Below, in pieces: positions 27,415-37,267 of a stretch of 64,000 nt of DNA. The DNA lies in contig CBFHFQ010000029.1 in the NCBI GenBank assembly GCA_965655095.1, positions 62,001 through 126,000 on the forward strand, written 5' to 3'. Numbering within the stretch: position 1 is the first letter of the stretch; the number at the start of each line of letters is the position of its first letter. The notes below the pieces were generated by a model. It worked only from the letters and a program-made list of their open reading frames with translations, had not been told where the DNA came from and searched no databases. Source of the DNA: Haplodiscus bocki (lineage: Eukaryota). The position numbers were made by a program, and so were the translations under genes.

Positions 27415-28188
27415 ACCACTTCCTGCCAGTGAATATATTATTGAACAAGACGATTGGATACCATAGGGAAAGTGTCCGTGCTACATTTTTTGGAAACTCC
27501 TCTTAATGAAAAGAGGTGTACTTCAGGGAGCAATACCATTTTGGACGCAAGTTTGCTCTCATTTGGAGGTAGAAAATCGCGCAACTTTCCCCAAGAATCG
27601 CGCCACTGAAAAGTTAGCATACAAAAACGCACGCAATGGGGGATGGTTTTTCTCCCATAATTAAAAATGCGCAGAAATTGAGAATGCGAGTTGATCAAAA
27701 TTTAAAGGTGCAAACAACAGCTTTTTTGACATGCTGCTTTAATTGCGAACAAGAGCCTTCAAGAAGCGATTATTCTAATATACACTTATCATTCGTATTA
27801 AATGTTTCCAATGATGAAATTAAATATTTATCGGATTCTTGAAAGATAAAAATATAAACAAAGTTAAAAAAAGAGCGATTTTAAAATATTCGAAATTCGG
27901 TTTCAAAATATAATTTTTATACGATTGTTTGGACTTCGTAAATTTTGGGAAGCGGTAGAAAGTTTGAAGATAGTTCCACCCAAAACATATGTTTTTGCTG
28001 TTTTTAGGGATAACATGCAATGTTTATGTAACAGATACAAATTATGTAATGCATTATAAGTTACAGGGATGCAAAGGATCAGATTCAGGAGTTAGAAATT
28101 GAGAACCAATTGCATTTTACAATTCTACAAAAAAAACTGGCGATGGAAGTGATGGTTGAAAAATATGGAAAAAACTGATTGAACTCAC

Positions 28189-28310
28189 CTCTGACCATGA
28201 GTTGCTTTTTGGGTCATAAATTTCAACACTTGTGTTACCATCATCATTGTCACACCAACCACCAACTAAGTGTATTCTTCCATTTAATAAAGCTACTCCA
28301 CAGTTACTCC
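28189..28310 (-). CDS. Kelch exon, 3' half (split by copia)
   Basis: (RS)NCGVALLNGRIHLVGGWCDNDDGNTSVEIYDPKSNSWSE then gtgag donor. Confidence 0.85.
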
Positions 28311-28842
28311 TGTTGACGATAAGACGGAAATCGCAAAGAAAAATAAAGAAGTTTTCAAGAATTTGTTACTTTGAACTTTGTTTCTATCAAACTTTGTTTT
28401 CGAATGATTTATCACAAAAAGTCAGTTTTACAAGGAAAGAAATACCTGCAAATAATTGTACACAACTAGGTTATCCTACGGGTCTGGAAGAAAAGTTCAA
28501 GGGCGGATAGGGTTAATATTTCATATATATTAACCCTATAGTTCTACGTTTAATATTGCATAATAAGAGTAATTCAGTTTCAGTTGTGACAATTCAGTTC
28601 ATGATGAATTCTTGGCTACTGACATAATCTTCATTTCTTGGGTTCATGTTGTCTAAGTTGAAGGTTATAGATGACGGTAGTATTCGTAGGCCGGGCAGGT
28701 ACTTGGTTTCAGTTCACTTCATCTTGGTTGCTTGAATTGAGAGGTTGCTTTGTTGACTGCTGCTGTTATTGATGCTGTTTCTATCAAGGCCAACAAGCTT
28801 GCAAACATCTCGGTAAGTGAACAGTTTCATTGATCGTTAACA
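28311..28842 (-). repeat. copia 3' LTR
   Basis: TGTTGACG...CGTTAACA on the + strand; near-identical to 33027-33558. Confidence 0.97.
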
Positions 28843-28853
28843 CACCCCCTCAA
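28843..28853 (-). promoter_or_regulatory. Polypurine tract TTGAGGGGGTG
   Basis: Abuts the 3' LTR. Confidence 0.9.
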
Positions 28854-31800
28854 TGATGCTGTACTGATTGACAAAAGAGGTCACATCTGAACTGATTGAA
28901 CTTGGGGCGGCCAAGGGCTTTAGTCAAAATATCTGCAATGTTCTGATCCGTTGGTATATATCGTAACTGAATGACTTCCCGCTCCACAAGGTCCCGTACA
29001 AAGTGATGTCTGATGTCGATGTGTTTGCTTCGGCTGTGTGTGATTGGGTTTTGAGCAAGCTTGATCGCCCCGTGATTGTCACCTTGGAGGAGAATAGGGC
29101 CACCTAGATCTAAGCCTAAACTCTTTACAAGAGACAAAAGGTAGACACATTCTTGAGAAACTAAAGAAGTACTCATATATTCTGCCTCAGTCGAAGATAA
29201 TGCTACCGTTTGCTGTTTACGGGAAGACCAACAAATCACACTACTATCATCAGAAATTCTAAAACAATAGCCACTCGTGGAACGCCTATCATTGGGATCC
29301 CCTCCCCAATCAGAGTCACAGAAACCAACTAACTTGAGGCATTCACTATGCTTAAAGACAAGTCCTAAGTCAAAGGTACCTTTCAAGTAACGAAAAACTT
29401 TCTTAGCTAAAAGCCAATGATCATGAGAAGGATTCTTAAGTAATTAAGACGAAACTACAAAACTCAAATCGGGACGGGAAACAACTGAGAGGTAATTCAA
29501 TTTTCCAACTAAAGACATATACAATGAACGAATTTTAGACAAATCTTTGAAAGTATCGGATTCCAAATCAGGACAAGAACTTTTGTCGATTCTAGTATTT
29601 GCTGTCATAAGGAGATCACAAGGATTGCAATCAGACATACCAAAGCAAGACAATAAGTCTAAAATGTAAGACTTTTGTGAAAAAGATATTTTACCAGGTG
29701 ATTGATCAACTGAAACACCCAAAAACCACTTCATTGAACCTTTGTCTTCAATCTTGAACTTTTCGGAGAAACACTTCTTGAAAGATTCGGCTAAATCAGA
29801 AGAAGTTGAAAAGTATATTATATCATCAACCCACACACATATGAATAATCTGTTACCACTCAAATCGCTCTTGGAGTAACAACAACTATCAATCATTGAA
29901 CGTGTTAGACCGAATTCACTTAAAAACTTATCGAGGGTTCTGTTCCAACAACGTCCGGCTTGTTTTAAACCATAAAGTCCTTTTAACAACTTGCAGACTA
30001 ATTTCGATCCCTTTCCGGGAATTTCAAAGCCTGGAGGTTGTTCTACATAAACATCTTCCTCTAAGTCCGCATTTAGATAGGCCGAACTAACATCAAATTG
30101 AAAAACTTCACAATGAAAATGAGTAGCAAGTGCTAAAAGCATACGAATTGATGACAATTTAGCTGTAGGAGCGAATGTTTCTAAATAGTCACTGCCAAAA
30201 ATTTGATTAAAACCTTTCGCAACATAACGAGCTTTATACTTGACAATTTCACCGTTCTCATCTTTTTTTCAATGCAAAGACCCAACGCCCACCTAAGGAC
30301 TTTTTGTGTGCTGGAAGCTCACAAAGTTCCCAAGTCTTGTTATCTACTAATGAATTGAACTCTTTGGTCATCGCTTCTAACCATTCGTCTCTCGATTGTG
30401 ACCTTTTAACTTCCTCCAAAGAGTTAGGGACCGCTTCACACGAAAAACATTCAACAAATGAAACGTTCTCAGAATTATCAATAGGACAACCATACCGCTC
30501 AACAGCTTTAACATGGCGACCGCTACGTGTTCGGAATTCCGCATAAAGATCAGGATTTGAATTTGAAGTCGAAGACTCTGGCACAGGTGAAGTCTCTTGA
30601 GTGCGTGAATCATCATTTTCAGCAACCGATTTCAATGGCTTAGGAGACACTTGTTCTTCTTCAACATCTAAGGAACTCTTGGGTTCTGGAAGAAAAACAG
30701 TCTTCTGAAAAACTGCTTCCAGAGCCAAGAAATTCCTTTTCGTTAAATGACACATTTCTCGAGTGACTAATCTTACCAGTAACTGGATTATACAAATAGT
30801 AGGAATCATGAGTGCGACCATATCCAACAAAGATTTCTTTGACAGCTTTAGAGTCCAACTTTTTCACACCCACTTCGAGGAATCGGAACGCCGAGCAACC
30901 AAAAACTCTCAAGTTTGACAAATCTGGCTTACGACCATAAAATAATTCAAAGGGAGTCTTATTGGGAGGCAAGCTACAACTTAAACAACGATTCGTCAGG
31001 TAAAACGCCACATCAACGGCTCTCACCCAAAAGGAGTTAGGCAAATTAGCTTGTTTCAAAAGACACCTAGCCATGTTTCCAACAGTTTGCCAACGACGCT
31101 CAGCAACACCATTCTGATGCGGGGAATAAGGGGCAGTCATTTCCCGCTTAATGCCTTGCGAAAAACAAAACTCATCAAATGCTTTGTTATCATACTCGCC
31201 TCCACCATCAGACCTCAACGTCAAAGACGAGAATGTCTTAGGTACCCCTTCATCAATACAAAACTGGCGAAATTTTTCCAAGACTTCTGACTTATGTTTC
31301 ATGAAATAAGCACGAGCGAAGCGACTGTAGCTGTCAATGAAGCTCACAACATACCGATGTCCACCTAAAGAGGTAGTTTCCATTGGACCCCTAACATCGG
31401 AATAAACCAATTCCAACTTCGAAGACTTTCGCAAAGCCAACTTAGAACTGGGAGGTTTAGGATTCAATTTGTTTTCAGCACAAATGTCACAAAAAGACTC
31501 CGAGAAACTTGAATTGTGCAATTTCATTCCTTGAACCGACTTTGATAACTTTTGAACATCGCGTTTGTTATTGTGACCCAATCTGCAATGCCAAAGATCA
31601 AGATCAACTTTACACGTGCTAGAAAAGTTCGAAGAACAAACTGGAAAAGCTTTAGTCACATACAAGCCATTCCTTTGAACAAAAGGAAAAGAAACTTTAT
31701 CAGAACAATGAAGCTCACAAGTATCATCAAAAACAACTTTCGCACCCTTTTGACCAAGTGCACTCACACTCAACAAATTTCGCGAATGATCAGGAACATA

Positions 31801-31930
31801 AAGGCAGTCACTTAAATTCAGCACATGAGATACACCTCGTTTGTCAAGCAAAAAAATTTTGGCAACACTTTGCCCTTTCACAGGTGAAACACTGTTATTT
31901 GCATTCACACAAATTTTTGAAGAAACTTTT
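28850..31930 (-). pseudogene. pol: copia Pol (partial protease, integrase, RT, RNase H), frameshifted
   Basis: LYVPDHSRNLLSV, WHCRLGH, VYSDVRGP, RSDGGGEY, PHQNGVAER, YKARYVAKGF, LYGLKQAGR, WVDD, CDSDWGG, SSTEAEY, KHIDIRHH, ADILTKAL. Confidence 0.95.
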
Positions 31931-32014
31931 CGAACAATCAGAACCACAATAGAAAGAAAACTCACAACTCTGCGAAAAATTAGTCTTATTCTCAGACTTT
32001 TTATCCAATTTTGA

Positions 32015-32757
32015 CTTTTGAAAACACTTAGACTCATTGTGTCCAAACTTCTTGCAAAAAAGAGCACTGTTTAACTGTACAAGAACTTTTCATATGCCCG
32101 CTCTTGTTGCAGCGAAAACATTTACCGGAAAATTTCTTAGAATTATCTCGCGAAACAAACAACGCTGCGTCTGACTTAGTGTTACGAGTTACCGCAATCT
32201 TTCAATTTCTGCGAGTCCGCAAAATTTTTGAGAGCCTTTTTCAAATCAGAAAACGGAGTGGGAGTTTTTGAGAAATCGTGCACCGTCTTAAAATACTCAT
32301 AGCTATCAGGCAAACCCTTAAGAACAACGGAAACTAACAACTTTTTTGAAATCTTCTCCCCTGCTACTTCTAATGAAGACGAAAGAGTCTCGGCTCTGAT
32401 CAGGTAGTCCGTCATCTCCTCAGCTGGCTTCAACGACAGAGACGTTAGCTGCTCAAGCAAGTTCATCACACGCGGCGTCTCTGAACTGGAGAAGTGTGCT
32501 GTCAACCGCTTCCATGCTTCTGGCCCATTTCCTTTGCATTCTGACTTCAACATCATGATAGACCGTTTGTCCAAACACTGCACAAGTTCAGCCCAAATGT
32601 TGTACTTCTCGTCATCGTTGGATGCGTCAGTTCCCAACAGTTGTCCTCGCAGCTTTTTGGTGTGCATGTAGCCTTCAAACTTTTCGCTCCAGTAGGCGAA
32701 GTCATCTTCTTCCCCAGAGAACTGAACACATCGTCGTTTCTCTGCTTCTGTTGCCAT
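32015..32757 (-). pseudogene. gag: copia Gag with two CCHC zinc knuckles (frameshifted)
   Basis: ORF 32757-32182 (W..K, VLKGLPDSY), then CFRCNKSGHMKSSC and CSFCKKFGHNESKC in shifted frames. Confidence 0.9.
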
Positions 32758-33012
32758 TTCCTTGCCGCAGATGAAACAAATTTTTTGATCAGTACACTTA
32801 CTGAATCGAATATCCTTGTTCTAACAAAAAAAACACGCTAGCTAGCTGGTCAGGCCTTTACACCTCTTACCAAAAAAAACTGCTCCAAAAAAATTGGTTC
32901 CGTTGAATCTGCTTCTTCCAAAATACACTGTTGGGTTCTCACCAAAGTTGTTGAGTCAAAGTCCAGTCCAGAGGAAAAATAAATCGGCTATTCTAAACAA
33001 AAAACAGGGGGC

Positions 33013-33026
33013 CTGGGCCCATAACC
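33013..33026 (-). promoter_or_regulatory. Primer binding site GGTTATGGGCCCAG (half-tRNA-iMet type)
   Basis: Immediately follows the 5' LTR CA on the minus strand; matches the PBS type of Drosophila copia. Confidence 0.9.
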
Positions 33027-33558
33027 TGTTGACGATAAGACGGAAATCGCAAAGAAAAATAAAGAAGTTTTCAAGAATTTGTTACTTTGAACTTTGTTTC
33101 TATCAAACTTTGTTTTCGAATGATTTATCACAAAAAGTCAGTTTTACAAGGAAAGAAATACCTGCAAATAATTGTACACAACTAGGTTATCCTACGGGTC
33201 TGGAAGAAAAGTTCAAGGGCGGATAGGGTTAATATTTCATATATATTAACCCTATAGTTCTACGTTTAATATTGCATCATACGAGTAATTCAGTTTCAGT
33301 TGTGACAATTCAGTTCATGATGAATTCTTGGCTCCTGACATAATCTTCATTTCTTGGGTTCATGTTGTCAAAGTTGAAGGTTATAGATGACGGTAGTATT
33401 CGTAGGCCGGGCAGGTACTTGGTTTCAGTTCACTTCATCTTGGTTGCTTGAATTGAGAGGTTACTTTGTTGACTGCTGCTGTTATTGATGCTGTTTCTAT
33501 CAAGGCCAACAAGCTTGCAAACATCTCGGTAAGTGAACAGTTTCATTGATCGTTAACA
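33027..33558 (-). repeat. copia 5' LTR
   Basis: About five substitutions versus the other LTR by eye. Confidence 0.97.
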
Positions 33559-33616
33559 ACTCCGTGCTATTCTCATGCTCGCCACTCTTTCCCACGTCTT
33601 GTTCACAGGACAGTAT
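33559..33616 (-). CDS. Kelch exon, 5' half (split by copia)
   Basis: tttttgcag acceptor then YCPVNKTWERVASMRIARS, ending in the TSD. Confidence 0.85.
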
Positions 33617-34242
33617 CTGCAAAAATATAATGCAAAAAAATGAATATATTGAAATGTTATACGTGGTACAATTATTCGGGTGTGGTCTGTTTGAAAGAAC
33701 ACACTTTTGATATACCATTACTCTTTATTCTACGCAAGTGGTAAAGAAGACAAAATTTCATTTCTTGGTATCCATTTTTACACCTCCTTCAAATTCAAAG
33801 CTCATCACTGTGATAGTATACCATTCAAAATATTAGATAAGTTATAACAATTCATTTCTCATTTTGTTCATTTGCTAATATCGGCTTTCACAGATCAACG
33901 AATGAGAAATGAAATTAATGATCCGAACTCTCAATTAGTCTCGCAAATCAATTGAAATTCAGAGTGTTTTTTGCTTTTTTGTACATTTTCTGTCTAGAAA
34001 CTCAACTGAATCAACGTGACAAAAGCATTTGAGACATCATGAGAAAAAAACATGTTCATACTCAATTTTTGACCACTTTATAAACTGTTAAAACTAAACC
34101 TTAGTTTTGAAGAAACTTTTTTTTCCAGAAATCAAATACCCAATTTTCGCATGACCGGAACGCTCGTATAACGATACAATCACTATTTTTTGATACGCTG
34201 ATGTTCGTGTCATGTAATTGCATGATTTGATGTCCAACTCAC

Positions 34243-34440
34243 TTCTCAACAGAGGACAATTCGTTGTTGCCATTCCACCCTCCGAACACGAATATTTCAT
34301 CATTAAAGGCAATCATCGCATGTGAAGTTCGTTCGTCATTCATCGGTCTACACTCGCTCCATTGCCCTGTTGGCAAGTGCAGACATTCCATTGACCCTGT
34401 TTTTTCATTTTCTTTCATGCGGCCTCCAGACACAAACAAT
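34243..34440 (-). CDS. Kelch gene exon
   Basis: catttag acceptor; LFVSGGRMKENEKTGSMECLHLPTGQWSECRPMNDERTSHAMIAFNDEIFVFGGWNGNNELSSVE(K); gtgag donor, phase 2. Confidence 0.9.
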
Positions 34441-35948
34441 CTAAATGACAACAACAACAAATGATTGAAAAAGATTTAGATTTGATCATTCCACTCTCTG
34501 AAGTGGCCTTTCGTGGAATGCTCAATACTTTTAGATTAAAATTAATTCAACTGAATGAAAAGTGCTTAAAGTCTCGCAAGGGAAACGTTATCATAGACTT
34601 CTCAACGTCTGACTTTCTGCAAAACTTTGCAATTCCTGCCAGGAATCCTGGATTCTTGTATTGCAGAACTTCGTGGCAGGAACCTTTCATTGCTGGATAA
34701 TCTTCACTTATCTAGCAGGATCCAGGATTTCAAACGCTGGGATTGCATATTAATAGGGTGCAGAAGTTTTTGTACATACCAGTCTTCACAAAGCAATACA
34801 CTTAAAAATTTTGATCTGATTGTCAATAAATTGATGAGTGCTTTTCAAGAACACAAACCGAAATTTTCGACGAGATTGCGATTCAAAAACTTGACACGAT
34901 CCTGCAAATAATTTTAAGAAATCAAAGTTGACCTTTTGTGAATGTCTAGTCCTGAAAACCTGTTCGTAATAATAGAAACTAAAGCTCAAATTGTGAAAAG
35001 AAGTTGGCAAAAAAACCTTTTCTAACTTTTTTTGAAAACTTTTTCAGAACGTAAAGGTCATTAACACAATTCCAAACGAGAAATATATTTTTCAGCTGGT
35101 ATAAACTGATCAATTATATTTTCACCGGCCCATGACTTTTTGAAGAAAAAAATGTTTCACTAAAATTCCTTTTTAGAACGTTCTATTTATGCTATTTAGC
35201 CGTTCAAAAAGAACATTCAGTTTCAAAAGTTTAACAAGCTCAAATGCTGATTATGAAACTTTGCCATTGGGAGCAACTTTCCCCAAAAATCTTGGTTCAG
35301 TCAAAGGAGTTGGGTAATAAATTAGTTGAGCAAAATGCCTTTCTGATTTTTTGCAAAAATAGTAAGGATTTGTGGAAAAACATACTTTCTGCAAGAATCA
35401 TAACGTAGTCAACACTTAGGGACTATTAACATTGCTTTTTGTTGTGAAATCAAACGTTCAATTCCTGGTAGCTTTCTTTGACTTTCAGAATGTTCGACTC
35501 TGTAGTTTTTCGATAGTTTCCGCAAAAAACACATGACTCTATCACACAAACTGTTTTCACTGACACTCTTATGCAATACATACTTAATTTAGAGAAGATG
35601 TTGTTGAAATACTATTGCGCAAAAGTAGATTTTGTATGCATTCTCCATTTATAAACTTTGCAAATGCTTATGATATCGATATAAAATTGAATTTGAAATA
35701 CTACTGAATTAGAGACTGGCTGTCTTCCTGATGAGTTAGAATTAGAACCACCTCTGAGATCGCATTGTTTTGGGAAAATTAGCGTACGTTGGTTTTGGTC
35801 CATAGAAGGAATTTGGCCATTCATGAAGCGTGAAAGGAAAACTAAAGAAACGAATTTTGAAACGGATAAAGAGGGGCTATCATGGCTCAATACAGTTTAT
35901 TATTGCAGCTTGTAATTTTATGTTTACTGCTTAAGTTGTGCGTAAATC

Positions 35949-37044
35949 GGTTACATGTCAAAATCTCCTAAGTCAAAATCTCCTAGGTCATAATCTCCTA
36001 GGTCAAAATCTCCTAAGTCAAAATCTCCTATGCCAAAATCTCCTAGGTCAAAATCTCCTAAATTATTTTTATGTCAAGACGCACGAACCTAATTAAGTTA
36101 ATTAGTAAACTAATTGCAACTAATTAAGAAAATGGTTTAGAAATTACACCGATAATATTTCGTCAGAGCTTCTCTATATTATTGCAAGTTGCATTTCTAA
36201 AAGGTTCATCTTCGGAAGTCAAAATCTAAACAACCATAAAATTTTCAAAAAAGTTGTACAATCGAAAAGTACTCAAATTTTTTTCCGATAAAAAAAATTT
36301 TCCGATAAATTTTACAAATTGCCTACGAGTGGTCCCATGAACAGCAGGCGAAAATTGTGGTTATCAATTTTTTTTGTAATTTCAACATTTTTAGTTCGCG
36401 ATTTGACTTTCAAAATGTTTATGTGAAAACTGATTGGACCAAATTTTTATATTTTTTTGTCTCAAAAAATAAAAACTCAAAAAATAAAAATTTTCGCAAA
36501 AATTGCATATACAAAAAACGAACATCAAAAATTTTTGCGATACCCCTTTACTTATTTATGGAACAAGATGTGGAATGTTTTTTCATTTTTCTACCATAAT
36601 TTCTTAGAAATCCCCACACAACCTACTCTAATGAACAGAACCTAATTGTATTTTCGAGGGTATTCTGAAAGTATTTTTGCGGAATTCCTGATACTGAAAA
36701 TACCTCAGCCGGAGTACAGAAGTGTTTTTGAAATGAGCAAATACCAAGAAATGGGTGTCAGGACATAATATCTAAAGTCATAATACCCAATGCCAAAATA
36801 ACCAATGCCATAATACCCAATGTGACATAAAATGGTAGTCCTAATTAAATAATTAGAGGTAATTAGCCTAAATTACTTCAGCTTTAAGCTCAATTATTTA
36901 ATTAATTGAGCCAGTAACTTCATTCAATAATTTAGGAGATTTTGGCGTAGGAGATTTTGGCATAGGAGATTTTGACTTAGGAGATTTTGGCATAGGAGAT
37001 TATGACTTAGGAGATTTTGACTTAGGAGATTTTGACCTGACACC
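35949..37044. mobile_element. Non-autonomous Foldback/MULE-type DNA element in a Kelch intron
   Basis: 9-bp TSD GCGTAAATC (35940-35948, 37045-37053) and GG...CC ends. Seven 15-bp units GTCAAAATCTCCTAR at 35957-36061 and seven inverted units at ~36932-37036. Confidence 0.88.
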
Positions 37045-37069
37045 GCGTAAATCAGAAGGTTGTTCTCAC

Positions 37070-37267
37070 TTGTCATTAACCACAGCAGCTGCACATTCAT
37101 CTCTTCGTGACTTCATTGGTGGCGCCAACTGCCATCCGCCAACTGGCTGCCCCTCTGAAGTCACGTTCAGTCTCTCCACTGAGTTGAATTGTTTGCCAAG
37201 CCCATTTGATCCCCCAATGACATAGACATGGTTGTTGACAGCATGAAAACACGCTGCTGCACCATTA
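37070..37267 (-). CDS. Kelch gene exon
   Basis: tttcag acceptor; NGAAACFHAVNNHVYVIGGSNGLGKQFNSVERLNVTSEGQPVGGWQLAPPMKSRRDECAAAVVND(K); gtgag donor, phase 2. Confidence 0.85.

Larger units (their letters stand above)
28311..33558 (-). mobile_element. Ty1/copia LTR retrotransposon, 5248 bp, defective
   Basis: Two 532-bp TG...CA LTRs, TSD ACTCC (28306-28310, 33559-33563), PBS, PPT and the order gag-PR-IN-RT-RH. Confidence 0.98.
25828..37267 (-). pseudogene. Host Kelch-repeat (beta-propeller) gene, 3' part, disrupted by exonic TE insertion(s)
   Basis: Phase-compatible GT-AG exons 37267-37070, 34440-34243 and 33616-33559 joined to 28305-28189, plus a tentative last exon 27480-27415 joined to 25851-25828. 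Kelch signatures VYVIGG..VE..W, LFVSGG..ME..W, IFVFGG..VEKY..W and IHLVGG..VEIYDP..W. 5' exons not found. Confidence 0.85.

Noticed and set aside
28232-33226. Duplicated + strand ORFs 28232-28510 and 32894-33226
   Set aside because: These are antisense readings of the two copia LTRs, each starting in unrelated flank.
35957-37036. 15-bp repeat arrays as a CRISPR array
   Set aside because: The units are contiguous with no spacers, are inverted at the two ends of a TSD-flanked element, and the context is eukaryotic.
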